Counted from the first letter of the stretch, positions 1 through 12,798 are shown. The stretch is 64,000 nucleotides of DNA from a virus (IMGVR_UViG_3300028886_000053); one strand, 5' to 3'. Program-made: numbers and translations. Notes: a model not told the origin generated them from the sequence alone.

Positions 1-2
1 TC

Positions 3-3000
3 CAAGATATTTTAAAAATTTATCCTGAATTAGAGAAACAAGTAAGTATTTTAAATAATACTCAACTGGCTGGAACAAGAGATTACGAATCTGCTTTAAG
101 GGATGTAAAATTAGCATTAATGTCATCTTATCTTGCTATGGGAGAAATGGGCAAAATAACGTCTTAGGATTTTACTAATCAAATGATGACATTAGTGACT
201 GATACAGAAATGTTTCAGAATCTTTATTAGACAGGTGCATTAAACAATGAACAATTTAGTGCAATTCTTCAAAATTTAGCTGCTCAATATGAAAGTTGTA
301 AAGATGAATTGGCTAAATATAATACATAGTTAAGAACTGGAACTGAAGAAACTAAGAATGCCGCAGCTTTTAATTTAATGTTAGCAACTCGTTCTGCTGA
401 AAATGCAGATAAATACGGTATTCAAGCTTAGCAAATTTCTGCCTTAGCAAACCATTATGTAGAGTTAGCTCGTAGTGGAAATTAGGCTTATCAAGGCATG
501 GATTAGAGCAGCGAGTTGGCAGTAGATGCTGCTACTCGTTATATTAGATTGAATGAGGCTGTTTAGACTTTACAGAAAGACTATGCTAAAGTTAGTGAGA
601 CTCTATCTGCTTTACAAAATTATGATTTTGGTGAAGTTTTAGGTGATGCAGATTATGCAAAAACTTTTGTAGAAATTAAAAAAGCAGTAGAAGATATTAT
701 TGGTATAGAAGAAGGTCTTCTTGATGATGATTTTATAAAATAGCATACATAGGAAATTAAAGAAGCCGCAAATGGATCAGAATAGGCTATTATATCCTTA
801 CAAGAGGCTGCCGCAGAAGAAATTTGGGTAAATGTTAATTTAGATGATGAAAAATTTAGAGAAGCTACTTAGATGTCTAAAGAAGAATTTGCAGACTGGA
901 TTAATAATTTACCAGAAGGTGAGTTAAGTCTTGATGATACTCAAATGTTAGAAACTTTAGCTAATGCTTTACTTGAAGCAGGGTATTCAGTAGCAGATCT
1001 TTAGAATATGTTTGAAGCAGCTCATTTAAATATAGATATGGAGGCGGATCCTTCTAATGTAATCGAAGCAGCAAATCAAGCTATTGCAGCAGTAGATTCT
1101 ACAGCGTATGATGCTTAGTCTGTTTCATCTTCTCAAACTCAAACTGACCAACAAGAAACAGGAGGGTATGAATTAATTCCTCATGATTAGCAAGGTCATT
1201 TTGAAACTCCTCTTTTTAGAGAATCTGTAACACCTTTTGGTGTTATTCCTGAATATGGAGGAATGTAGAGTCACCCTTTCACATATACTGAATTTACTTC
1301 TAAACCAGACAAACAAACTCAAGATATTTCTAATGTCAATACTGTTACTGGTGTAAAAATTAAACATGCAAACAAAGCTCCAGTAGGTGGTCAAGTTAGC
1401 CATAAAAATAAAAATGGTGGAAACAAAAAAAATACTGGTGGCGGCGGTAAAAAGGGTGGCGGTGGCAAAGGCGGTAGTAGTAAAGCCAAAGAACCTAACA
1501 AAGCTAAAGGGGCTACTAATAAAGCTGACCGTTATCGTAATAATACTGTTAAAGCTAATAAACTTGCTAATTCAATGACTAAGTTAAATAAATAGCAAGA
1601 AAGATTAACTGGTAAAGATTCTCTTAAAAACTTATAGAAACAACTAGCAGTTCTTGAAAAACAAAAAGATGTTATCAGGGAGCGTTTAGGTCTTCAAAGA
1701 GATGAGCAAAATGAGTTAGCTAATAACCTTAAAAAATATGGGGCCACCTTTGATAAAGATGGTACTTTAAATAATTATTTTACTACTCATGATAAGATTC
1801 TAAAAGAATACAATGATAAAGTTGCTGAGTGGAATCAAATGACAGCAGAGCAACAAGAGAGTAATAAAGATTATTTAAATAATGCTAAGGAGATAATGGA
1901 TCAAGCCTTTAAAGATTTAGAGCGTTATGATAAACTCCAACAAGAAATAGCTAAGACTCAACAAGAGCAAATAGATAAAGTTCAAGAACAAATTAATTTA
2001 AAAGTTAAATAGCTTGATTTGAAGATTAAGGCGGAGCTTGATTTATCCGAGGCTAAACGAGATTGGAATAAATTCCAGAAAGATATTGTTAATGAGATCA
2101 GAGATGATGATATTTTAGGTTTAAATAGATTTAGATTTGCAGATATTGCTTCTTACTATAATAATGCGGGAACCGGTTCAATCCAGAATTTGACTAATCG
2201 CTTAAAAGAAGTGATGGGAAATCAAAATGGAATCTTCTCTGGTTCTTATTTTACATAGCAACTAGCTAAAATGTCTATAACAGACCGGGCCGCGCAATTA
2301 GAAAAAGTTAAAAAAATCTTTGATGATCTACAAGATCAAATGGAAGGTTTTAAAGAGATTGCCGATGAAATTAAGGAGTCTATCTTTGATGCTATTGATG
2401 CTACTCAAGATGCTTTTGACGAGCAAATGGATGAATATGAATACTTAGGTGATTTGATTGATCATAATATGAAAATTACGGAAATGTTCTTCGGGGATGA
2501 AGCATATGATCAAATGGCTAAATTCTATGATAGAATTGAAGAAAATAATAATGCTCAATTAGATTTCCTTGCAAAACAAAAAGATTTGTGGTATAGCCGT
2601 ATGGCGGAAGAACAGGCTCGTATGAATCAGCTAGCTCAGACTCAAGGAACAGATTCTAACCTTTATAAAGAAGCGAGAGATAGATTTGAAGAATATAAAA
2701 AACATTGGATGGATATTGTAAAAGATTTAAATTCTACGGTTGAAGATGCTCTTGATAATATTATGGATAAATATAATAATGCTATCAATAAGATTCTTGT
2801 AAATTTTGAATTAAAACTTGGTGATGGACACACTTTAGATGATATTGAAGATGAATGGGATATATTAAACGATCAAGCAGATAGATACTTTGATAAGATC
2901 AATGCAGCATATGAAATTGATAAATTAGAAAATACCTTTAACGATGCTATTAATGATAATGATGGGGACATAGCTGCTCAACAATCTTTAAATGATTTAA

Positions 3001-4448
3001 TGGAACAGCAATTAGCTTATTTAAGAGATAAATAGAGATTGACTCAATATGATGTAGATAGAGCAAACGCATTACTTCAAATTGAAATGAAACGATTAGC
3101 TCTTGAACAATCTCGTTCTAATAAGAATAGATTGAGATTAAGAAGAGATTCTCAAGGTAATTATACATATCAATATACTGCTGATACTGAAGCTATTAGC
3201 AAGGCAGAACAAGAACTTGCTGATGCTCAAAATAGTTTATATAATAGTGATAAAGCGGCTTATGTAGATAATTTAAGTGATATTCAAAAGTCTGCTGAAA
3301 ACATTAAAAATAAATTAGAAGATATTTGGACAGATGAAAATCTATCTAAAGAGCAAAAACTTCAAAAGAGTTATGAATTAGAGAAATATTATGGAGATCA
3401 AATTAATAAATTATTAGAGGATAATGCTAATATAAGAAATAATTTAATTCAATCTAGTACAGAAGAATTAGCAAAGATTTATGGAATTAATATAGAGCAA
3501 TTCCAAGCATTATCTGATACAGAACAAACTAATATTTTGAAAGATTTAATTCCTCAGGCGGGTTCTTATTTATCTAAAATGACCGAAGGATTAATTGGAG
3601 ATGGTGGAATCGGTAAATTATTTGAAGATTCTATTAATAGATTTTTATAGGCAGAAGATGAAAGAATTAATAGTATTGCCGAAATTGAAAGAAATGGTCA
3701 AATTAATTTTGAAGATATTATAAGTGATACTAATACTGTTATCGGTCAAGCAGAACAATTATTAGATAATAACGAAGCTTTAATCAATAGTTACGAGCAA
3801 GAATTAAATGCAGTGCAAAATACTATAAATGGTGTAAATGATTTGATTCAAACTTATGAAAGAGCTAAACAAGCAGCAATATAGGCAGCAACTGCTGCTA
3901 ATAATTTTATTAACCAAGAAAATGTAGAATTAATCGGAAGCTCTTTAAGTCGAGAGGCAGCCGCACAAAGAGCTAATGATAATATTCTTAATTCTTGGGT
4001 AGCAAATGGAAATTCATATGGAGATTTACAAAATTACACTCCTTACGAACCTAATTGGCACAGCTCTGATTTTGCTGCTATATTTGGTAGTTCAAATGTT
4101 GGTTTAGCAGATTTGGCTGCTCATCAAGAAGCATTACAGAATACAGGAAGTACTACTGGTAATATTATTGGTCAAAGTGAATATACTCCTATCAATGTCA
4201 ATAGTATATTAGATACTATATAGTCTAATGTATCTCATATAAATGATATATTGGAAGCACTTTACACTGAAAGTTCTAACTATTATACAAATGCTTTAAA
4301 TAAAGCGAAAGATATAGAAAGAGCTATTATTGCTAACCAAACTGTACATATAGATGCGGACTTCCCTAATGCTAGAGATGTTTCTAATATTATAGATGCT
4401 ATTAATAATTTAACTTTAGTAGCTGCTCAAAAAGCGGGAAAGATTTGA
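3..4448 (+). CDS. Tape-measure-like long helical structural protein, 5'-partial, TAG read-through
   Basis: One frame (positions divisible by 3) is open from 3 to TGA 4446-4448 with only TAG interruptions (165, 228, 327, 429, 483, 504, 2256, 3033, 3648 and others). It joins track ORFs 2019, 2271, 3039 and 4251. Ala/Glu/Leu-rich helical composition with a Gly/Lys linker; lies upstream of tail genes. Function is inferred. Confidence 0.7.
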
Positions 4449-4455
4449 GATTAAG

Positions 4456-4479
4456 CTGTGGGGGCTAATGCCCCCACAG
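4456..4479. other. GC-rich intergenic hairpin without U-tract
   Basis: CTGTGGGGGC-TAAT-GCCCCCACAG, a perfect 10-bp stem between the tape-measure stop and the next RBS. Confidence 0.7.
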
Positions 4480-4502
4480 TATATAAAAAGGAGGGATTAT
4501 TA

Positions 4503-7500
4503 ATGTTAAATAATTCAAACCAAATATCTGAAGCTATATTAGAAGCAATTAATATAATTTCAGATAAAAAAATATCTAAAGCAGAATTTTCTTCAACTAT
4601 ACAAGGTACAATAGTTGAATGTAAAGATGCTTCTTTAGGTAAATATCTAGTAAAATATCAAGATAGTTTATTAGAAGCATATTCAACTTCTCCTTCAGTA
4701 TCTTATAGTAAAGATAGTTTAGTTTATATTTTTGTTCCAGACGGCAACTTAAAAGAATATAAAGTTATTTTAGGAACAACTAAACAACTAGGAACAAATT
4801 ATATTGAAGAATTTACTGGAGAAGAGTATTTTGACGCGGGAGAAAATTTTATTTCTAGCGATTATACAATAGCAATGAGTTCATATTAGACTAAATAGCA
4901 TGAACTTTTTAATAGAAACGGTGAAAATAATATTATTACCTTATCTGAAAATATAGCTAATGAAATTAGAAATGCAAATTATTTAAAAATGACTGGCACA
5001 GTTCAGACTGGATTGCCATATGATCAAAAAAGAAATGGGCATTATGGAGTTAGAATAACTCTAATAATGAAGAATAGTGCCACTGGCGTTGAAGAACCTC
5101 AAGATTATTATTTCGATAATAATAACTTCTTTGGTAATCCATATGAATATACAACAGCATCTAATCAAGTAGTATCTTGTTAGATTGATAGTGATAATTT
5201 TGTGGCGGTCGACCGTATTGTATGTTTTGTCTAGGATTTCCCGAATCAGGTAGAGTAGGGAGAGGAACCACCGGCCGCAGATATATTTATTTATAATTTT
5301 GCAATTAATGGGAGTTATAAATTAAATGACAGTGAAAAATCTTCAGTTGCTATTGTTTTAAAAGCGGAACGTGGTTATACATTTGGAAAAGATTCTAGTG
5401 ATGATGATACTCGTTCTATTGTTGCTAATCTTAGAGTAAAAATGAAAGAAGTAAATTTAGAATAGCAGAATGTTCAGATTTACTGGTTTATACAAGATTT
5501 AAAGATAACTTCTCGTAGCCCATAGTATTTAAATTATGGTGGTATGGGATGGAGATGTATTAATGAAAAAGTTATTTCTGATAATGAAACACCAAATAGA
5601 TTTAATCCTTCTCCTTCTATTGAAATAAAGAAAGAAGATGTTGCTTTTTCTAAGCAAACAAAGTTTAAATGCGTGGCTGTATATGATAATAAATCTTATT
5701 CTAAATAGTTTTTAATTTTTAATCAAGGAGCAACTTATGAAGTTACATTAATTTCTTCTGAAGGAACATCTTTCCATCATTCGGCTGGGCATCCTAATCT
5801 TATTTGTCAAGTCTGGAGTGAAGAAGATGGAGAAAGAAAAGAAATAACTGATTAGGAAAATAAGATTTTTAAATGGCAAGTTTGTAATTATCAAAATAAA
5901 ACAACAGATATAATAGAAGATGATGTTTTATATGTAAAGGCTTTAAAAAACAAAGCAGAAATTGAAGATGCTGTCGGAGTTGAAACTTATTGGAACTAGA
6001 CATGTGAAGTAGATAAATATTATGATGATTTTGGACTTTCAAAACAAGATGGTCTAAAAACATATAAATAGTTTTATGATTTATATAATAAAATTATATT
6101 TAGTTATGAGAATAATCAACATTTAGAAAGAAACATTTTATATAATGTAAATTTACAAGAAATTATTAATTCTAGTACTTTCAGATGTTCATGTTACGAA
6201 AAGAAAGATAATGGTATCTAGCAATTAATTGGAACTGCTTCTATTGAAATTAAAAACACTCCTACTTCTTCTAATGGATATGCATTAGTGATAAATCATG
6301 GAGATCAAACTTTTCTTTATAATGAAGAAGGTGCTTCTTTACATAGCAATGCTATTGATGAACCATATCAACTTTTTGATTTATCTTATACATTATATTA
6401 TAATGGAAATGAAATAAAACAAGAAGATTTACAAAATGGAACTACTGTAACTTGGAAAGTTCCTATTGAAAATACTATGTTAGATATGGGTAGTAATGAA
6501 TATATTACTGATACTGAAAATAATTTACCGATAGGTATTAAAAATACATATGATAATAATTTAAGTAATAATGATATTTATTTAATTATGCAATATAAAG
6601 ATCAAACCTTTATTACAAAAACTAATTTTACCTTTAGTAAGTAGGGATAGAATGGAACTAATGGTACAAAATATCAATTTAAATTAAAAGTAAAAGATAA
6701 TAAAGAGCCTGTTATTACTTATAAAAATGGATAGTGGGAACCAGAAAGTTTGATTGTTGAACCTGAATTATGGAATAATGGAATAAAAACAGAGATTAAC
6801 GGTATTTTAAATTGGAAGATTTTAAAAGATAATTTAAAAGGTAGTTCTTCGATGTTAAGTAATGATTTTAAGCCAGTAATTCAGAAAGGTAGTAATTTAA
6901 AAGATAGATAGTTTAATTTACAAGAAAGACCTTCGATCGTAGAAGGTTTATCAAATATTATTGAAGCGTAGTATTCTAGCGGACCAGATGGATATAAATA
7001 TTATGCAGATTTACCTATTTCATCTATTATACAACAAAGTGAAGATGATAGATATAACGTAAGAATAAAACCTGGTACTGGTTTTAGATATGTTACTTAT
7101 AGTAATGATGGAACTAAACCTTCTTATAGAAAAGGAAATCCGTTTGAAGTAAATATTTATAAAACGATTATAAATGATATTGAAGAAGAAGTTACTAATT
7201 ATTAGAATGAAGAATTTACTTATGAGTGGGAAGTTCTTCCAAGAGAAAGTAAATTATTATAGATTGTTTCAAAAAATGATGAAGATGATGAAAATATTTG
7301 TACTGTTGTTCCTGTTGATGTATTTACAAAAGGAAATCAAGTAGATAATGCTTTATTATTAACAATTAAAAAAGGTAAAGAAGAAGAAAAAGAATTATTT
7401 GCACAGGTTCATATCCCAATCCATTTTATGTTAAATAGATATGAGAATAGAGCTTTAAATGATTGGAGCGGGACTGCAATTGAAATAAATAATGAAGATG

Positions 7501-8969
7501 GATATATATTAACTCCTCAAGTTGGTGCTGGTAAAAAGGATAATTATAATCGTTTTACTGGTATTATCATGGGATAGACTAAAACGAAGGATAAAAATTA
7601 GATTGGATTCAAAGATTAGACTGGGTTATTTGGTTATGCGGCCGGTGCCCGCAGTATTTTCCTAGATGCGGAGACTGGTAATGCCTAGTTCGGTTTAGCT
7701 ACTAAAGGCCAGATTAAGATTGATGTAGATGGTCCTGCTGCAATTAGATCAGGTGATTATCCTAAAAAAGAAGAAGATCCGAAGAAAGGAATGTAGATTC
7801 AATTTTCAGACCCGCCGCATATTAAGTTTGGTTCAGGCAATTTTGAAGTCAATCATGAAGGTCATATCCATGCTGTTGGGGGTGGTGACATTGCAGGATG
7901 GCAAATTAGTGATGATTCTTTATCTAAAGGATACGTTACATTAAGTTCTAACAATGATAAACCTACTAATTAGGCAATTAAGGTTACAAATGGAGAAAAA
8001 AATATTTTCTCTGTTGATTATCGTGGTTACTTACATTCAGAGCAAGGTGATATTGCAGGTTGGACTATTGAGCCAAATAGATTATTTAAAAATAATGTAG
8101 GTATGGCTTCTACTGGAGAGCATGCTTTTTGGGCAGGAGATAGCTTTTATGTAAATCATAATGGAACATTACATTCTTCTCAGGGAGATATTGGTGGATG
8201 GCAAATAAAATCAGATAGATTAGTAAAAAATAATGTTGGTTTATCTCCTGTTCGTACTGCTAATACACCTAATGCATTTTGGGCAGGAAATGTTTTCCAT
8301 GTAACTCATGATGGGTATTTGTATGCTAAAAACGGTAATATTGGTGATTGGTATTTTGGAAATAAAGGTCTTTATAGCAATGGAGGAACTCCTTATTGGG
8401 ACATAAATGGAACTGGAGTTTATGTTGGTGCGGATGGAATAAGATTAGGAAAAAATTTTTACGTTCAGTCAAATGGTTATTTATACGCTCAATCTGGAAA
8501 AATTGGTAACATAACAATAAGTGGAAGAGGATTATCTGGTGATAATTTTAATATTGATGGAGCTGGTGTAGCAAAATTTACTGATGTTATAATAAATGGT
8601 GCTAGCGTAACAGGAATGATGAAAGCTTCTAACTCTGGAGGTTTTAGTGGAGGAGGAGGATTTACTAGTACTGGAAGTGGAACTAGATTTGATCCTAGCT
8701 CTGTCACAACTACAAAAGGAGATACTATTGATAAACATACTGAAAATTTAATTATTAATAAAATTACAGCTAATTATATATCAAGTAAATTAAATGAGTT
8801 AGAATCAGTTTATGTGCAAAGATTGTCTTGTACAGGATCTATGACAGCAAAAGATTTTAATGCAAGAACATTAACAAAAGATGACGCTGATGTTGCAACA
8901 GAAGATTATGTAAATGGTCTTTTTAATTCTTTATTAAGAAGGATTGAAGCTTTAGAAAATAAATCTTAA
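4503..8969 (+). CDS. Large tail/baseplate-associated protein (1488 aa), TAG read-through
   Basis: AAGGAGGG RBS, then ATG 4503. I read the frame through the gaps between track ORFs 4458, 4989, 6288 and 8103 and found only TAG until TAA 8967-8969. C-terminal G(D/K)I(A/G)GW-type repeats are typical of tail fibre/spike proteins. Confidence 0.75.
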
Positions 8970-8983
8970 TGATTTTTATTAAA

Positions 8984-8999
8984 GGACAAATTTAATTAA
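8984..8999 (+). promoter_or_regulatory. Candidate late-promoter motif GGNCAA-N7-TAA
   Basis: GGACAAATTTAATTAA; similar 16-mers occur at 47213 (+), 59603 (+), 45794 (-) and 39331 (-). Confidence 0.35.
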
Positions 9000-9000
9000 A

Positions 9001-9060
9001 AATTCCTTCCTTTTTATAAAAAATATTATAATATAAAACTTTTATAAAAAGGAAGGAATT
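9001..9060. repeat. Perfect 21-bp inverted repeat with 18-nt AT spacer
   Basis: AATTCCTTCCTTTTTATAAAA (9001-9021) pairs with TTTTATAAAAAGGAAGGAATT (9040-9060); the spacer contains TATAAT. Confidence 0.85.
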
Positions 9061-9084
9061 ACCTTATAAAAAGGAGGGATAAAT

Positions 9085-10734
9085 ATGAGAGAAAGATTCT
9101 CAGAAATAAATATTACTGGAACAGCTAATCCTATTCCAGTAGGAGCGGAAGCAAAAGACATTACTTTAAATGATGGCAGTATTTTAGAGGAAGCTCTTGG
9201 AGATATAAACTTTCAAGAAAATGGAAGTATTATTGACCAAATTAATAAAATAAGTATGAAAATAGAAAAAGATACGAGTTATGCTCCTTTATCAGCACCT
9301 CGTATTAAAGATGCTTTTTCAGTAAGACGATATAATAAAGATAATATATTAGCTTCTGTTATGGCTACAGGAGGAACAAAGAGAGGTATTACAGCTAGTT
9401 ATAATCTTTATCAATGGAAAGTAACTGGAGCTATTTTAGCAGGAAATAATGATACAATAGTATTATTTGGATCTGATGATCACTCTAAGAATTTAGCAGG
9501 ACCATCTAATTATCTTGTTACAATAAAAAATAATATAAATAATGCTTTACTTGGAGATAGTTCTAATCCTATTATTAGTTTGAGATTTGACATATATAAT
9601 TCAACATCAGGAACTACTAGTACAGTTTATGTATATCAAGGAGACGAAACAAAAGATTTTACAATTCCAGCAAATTGTTTTCTTTATCGAATTAGTTTAA
9701 ATATTCATGCTGGAAATGAAAATACTATAATTGAAGAGGGTATTTTAAAATTTGAATTAAAAAATTTAAATGATCAACAAGAAGATACTTATAATGTTGT
9801 TTTTGACGTACAGCAAAATTTAACAAATAAATCATGGACAACAACCGTTGCTGAAAATTTTGTTGTGAGTAAAGGACTGCAATCAGAAGCAAGAAGTTCA
9901 TTAGGAACTATTTATAATTCTAAATGGGAAGGAAATTTTGATATTTCTGGTCGTATAAATATAACTCAAGCTCCTACTGGTAAAACAGGAGTCTTAGTAA
10001 ATGACGGTTCAGTAAGTTTTGGGATGCAAAATATTAATAATTATACAGGAACAACAATTGCTCAAAAAGCGGCAAATCAACGTAGTAAATCACTTCCTTT
10101 CACTTCTTATTTTATTGCACCAATGTATTTAGATGATGGATTAGGATTATTACGATATGGTGCTGCAGGAGCACATGATTTTTATGTAGGAACAAATACT
10201 TTTGGGGGAACAGCTCAATTTACTATTACAGCAGGTTCAACTAAAATAAGAAACACTTTAGAATTATGGAATCAAAAAGTTATTTCATCACAGTTAAGTT
10301 TATGTAAAGAATTAATGTCTTTTCAAGATATTGAAAATTTATTATTAGATAATACTATTTATCAATGGCGTCCTATGCTTTTCATTACTGGTCACGTTTT
10401 AGGAAGTTGGTTAGCTTGGAGAGATCAATATACGAACGTCTCTGTAGGGATAGGATGGAGAGTTATTAATCCAGATAATGAATATGTTTTTCAAGGTTTT
10501 GCTATGTCTGCTATGGATAATCATGATAATTTTACTGGAAATCCTGGATTATTTAAATTTAGATATAGTTTTTATCCAAAAGCAGCTAATAAAAGAAGAA
10601 AATTTATATCTTATAAAGTATTTAATGCTAATCCAGCTACTATTAATCAATATGTTCAAGTTAGAGTAGGCAATGGAATGGGCAGTAATGGTTTCTGGTC
10701 ATCTTATTCAAGGGCAAATAGTACAGCAGGATAA
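9085..10734 (+). CDS. Putative virion/receptor-binding protein (549 aa, no TAG)
   Basis: AAGGAGGG RBS and an intact ORF ending in TAA. Beta-rich N/T/G composition. The N-terminal IP..A..I...DG..L....GDIN motif resembles the protein at 47291. Confidence 0.55.
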   Translation: MRERFSEINITGTANPIPVGAEAKDITLNDGSILEEALGDINFQENGSIIDQINKISMKIEKDTSYAPLSAPRIKDAFSVRRYNKDNILASVMATGGTKRGITASYNLYQWKVTGAILAGNNDTIVLFGSDDHSKNLAGPSNYLVTIKNNINNALLGDSSNPIISLRFDIYNSTSGTTSTVYVYQGDETKDFTIPANCFLYRISLNIHAGNENTIIEEGILKFELKNLNDQQEDTYNVVFDVQQNLTNKSWTTTVAENFVVSKGLQSEARSSLGTIYNSKWEGNFDISGRINITQAPTGKTGVLVNDGSVSFGMQNINNYTGTTIAQKAANQRSKSLPFTSYFIAPMYLDDGLGLLRYGAAGAHDFYVGTNTFGGTAQFTITAGSTKIRNTLELWNQKVISSQLSLCKELMSFQDIENLLLDNTIYQWRPMLFITGHVLGSWLAWRDQYTNVSVGIGWRVINPDNEYVFQGFAMSAMDNHDNFTGNPGLFKFRYSFYPKAANKRRKFISYKVFNANPATINQYVQVRVGNGMGSNGFWSSYSRANSTAG

Positions 10735-10738
10735 AAAT

Positions 10739-10772
10739 AAAGCCGTTCAATTTTTTACAATTGAACGGCTTT
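10739..10772. terminator. Bidirectional intrinsic terminator between convergent blocks
   Basis: AAAGCCGTTCAATT / AATTGAACGGCTTT 14-bp stem with A/T tracts on both sides. Confidence 0.8.
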
Positions 10773-10781
10773 TTCTTTTAT

Positions 10782-11270
10782 TTAAAATGCACTTGCATGC
10801 TATTTAACATAAGCAAGACCTAAACCAATAGCATCACTTATATCATCGTTTACTTTGATTCCATACTAATTTTTAACTAACTACATACTTGCTTTTTTCA
10901 AACCTTCTCTTTTTATACCGCGGCCGGTCTTTATCCCGCAGATTCTACGCCAATGACTAGCAGTATAGAACTAAACATTCTATAAACTATAAGTCTAATA
11001 TAAACTTAATACAATCATAGCTTGTAAATATATTAGCACTTTATATACAGATTGATTATGTTTTACATCCTATGGCAAAACATCTTCCATAACAATATTA
11101 GTTGGCTTATATTTTTTATATATTTCTAAAATCCTATTCTTCATTTTAATAATTCTTTTAAAAGAACTACTATCTGTAGCAATAATACACTAGTAATGAA
11201 TTAACTTTTCATCCTAGAAAATTGCTATACCTGTACTTTTACTACTTGCATCTATCGCTAAAACTTTCAT
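10782..11270 (-). CDS. ruvC: RuvC-like Holliday junction resolvase (162 aa, 9 TAG), absent from ORF track
   Basis: MKVLAIDASSKSTGIAIF*D...IVMEDVLP*D...VNDDISDAIGLG shows the RuvC catalytic D, E and D/D motifs; ends in TAA. Confidence 0.8.
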
Positions 11271-11303
11271 ATTATTAATATACCTTTCTTATTTATTAAG
11301 TCC

Positions 11304-11332
11304 AGTATATCATAAAAATTTTTAAAAGTCAA
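11304..11332 (-). promoter_or_regulatory. Sigma70-like promoter
   Basis: TTGACT-17 nt-TATACT upstream of the RuvC-like gene. Confidence 0.7.
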
Positions 11333-11381
11333 ATTTAGGTAAAAAAATAAATGCAACAAGATAATACTTGTTGCATTTAAA

Positions 11382-11840
11382 TTATTTTCCAGTTGAACCG
11401 AAACCGCCTTCTCCACGGTCAGTTTCATCTAATTCTTCAACTTCTTCCCAATCACATAAAAATCTTTCCATTAAAACAAATTGCGCTATTCTATCGCCAG
11501 GATAAATAATTTGATAAGAATGACTATCATTATGAATAGCTACGATTATTTCTCCTCTATAATCGGAATCGATTATACCCGTGCAATTAGCAGGCCGCAA
11601 TCCTTGTTTAGTAGCTAATCCACTTCTTGGATAAATTCCACCCCAACAATTATTAGGGATAGCCATTGCAATACCAGTTCCAATTTTTACTGTTTCATGT
11701 GGCGGAATTGATATAGATTTATCTAGACATGAATACAAATCATAACCGGCTGCCGCGTCGCTTCCATGAGTTGGAATAACTGCTTTGTCATTTAGCCTCT
11801 TGATTTGAATAGGAAAATGTCTTACAATTCTTTTATCCAT
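11382..11840 (-). CDS. dut: Trimeric dUTPase
   Basis: AAGYDL, PRSGLA, GIIDSDYRGEI, RIAQ and RGEGGFGSTG motifs. Confidence 0.95.
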   Translation of the reverse strand: MDKRIVRHFPIQIKRLNDKAVIPTHGSDAAAGYDLYSCLDKSISIPPHETVKIGTGIAMAIPNNCWGGIYPRSGLATKQGLRPANCTGIIDSDYRGEIIVAIHNDSHSYQIIYPGDRIAQFVLMERFLCDWEEVEELDETDRGEGGFGSTGK

Positions 11841-11842
11841 TA

Positions 11843-12088
11843 TTAAACCTCCTCGTAAGAAACAACAACTTGTTCAGCTGGTTCTTTTTCAGAAGTGAAT
11901 TCTTTAGTAATAAGAACTCGTCTCCATTCATCTACTACTTCACCTTTTGACTTTTGTGTTTTTATTTCACTACTTGATTTAATCACAGTATATTGACCGT
12001 CTTCTTTAGCTTCATTAATAAGGGCCTCAGCTTCAGCTTCTGTATCACATCTATATTGTTCCGTAACTTTAATTAAATAACGACTCAT
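11843..12088 (-). CDS. Hypothetical phage protein
   Basis: RBS AGGAG; 81-aa ORF ending in TAA. Confidence 0.7.
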   Translation of the reverse strand: MSRYLIKVTEQYRCDTEAEAEALINEAKEDGQYTVIKSSSEIKTQKSKGEVVDEWRRVLITKEFTSEKEPAEQVVVSYEEV

Positions 12089-12120
12089 TTCAAAATCTCC
12101 TTTTAACTCTTATTAAAATA

Positions 12121-12149
12121 ATTATATCATATTTTTTTATGATTGTAAA
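12121..12149 (-). promoter_or_regulatory. Sigma70-like promoter
   Basis: TTTACA-17 nt-TATAAT with extended TG. Confidence 0.5.
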
Positions 12150-12379
12150 ATAAATTTAATAGGTTTAGTTCCATTAATTTGATATTCTGTATCTTTCTGA
12201 ACTTTCTTAATATAAGTATCTGGACCTTTTAAAGTAATTTCATTTACTTCTTTTAATTCAGAAAAGAAATTTGGTAAATCAGGAGTAGGTACTTTTTCAA
12301 TTTTAACCAACCCTTTATCATCTATAATACTTACATTTTGCATATAATTTCCTAAACAAACATTACAAAAAACTTTCAT
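12137..12379 (-). CDS. Hypothetical protein
   Basis: RBS AGGAG; 80-aa ORF ending in TAA. Confidence 0.65.
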   Translation of the reverse strand: MKVFCNVCLGNYMQNVSIIDDKGLVKIEKVPTPDLPNFFSELKEVNEITLKGPDTYIKKVQKDTEYQINGTKPIKFILQS

Positions 12380-12390
12380 AATATTTCTCC

Positions 12391-12783
12391 TTACACTTCT
12401 ATAACAGCATTATCATATGGAAATAGATAATAAGCATAAGGTTCATCATTTATCCTAATCCATATTTCAAAATTACCATCTGATTGTTCTTCTATTGATA
12501 ATAATTCTCCTCGATCTGTACAACATCCAATACATTCTTTTGCTGCTAAAGCAGGTGGATTAGGATTCTGATTGTCATACATATGAAATATTGTTATATC
12601 ACTTCTATCTTTACAATATAACATTGCATAAGTATCACACTTCATATTAAAAAAATCTTCAAGTTTAACTTGTGCTCCACCTATTTCCAATACATTCATT
12701 GGTTTAAATATTTCTTTATTCGACATTAATCGCTTATTAGCTTCATATAATGTCCCCAAAGTAAGTTGACTTTTAGTCTCCAT
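12391..12783 (-). CDS. Hypothetical protein
   Basis: RBS AAGGAGG; 130-aa ORF ending in TAA. Confidence 0.7.
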   Translation of the reverse strand: METKSQLTLGTLYEANKRLMSNKEIFKPMNVLEIGGAQVKLEDFFNMKCDTYAMLYCKDRSDITIFHMYDNQNPNPPALAAKECIGCCTDRGELLSIEEQSDGNFEIWIRINDEPYAYYLFPYDNAVIEV

Positions 12784-12798
12784 ACATGATAGACCTCC

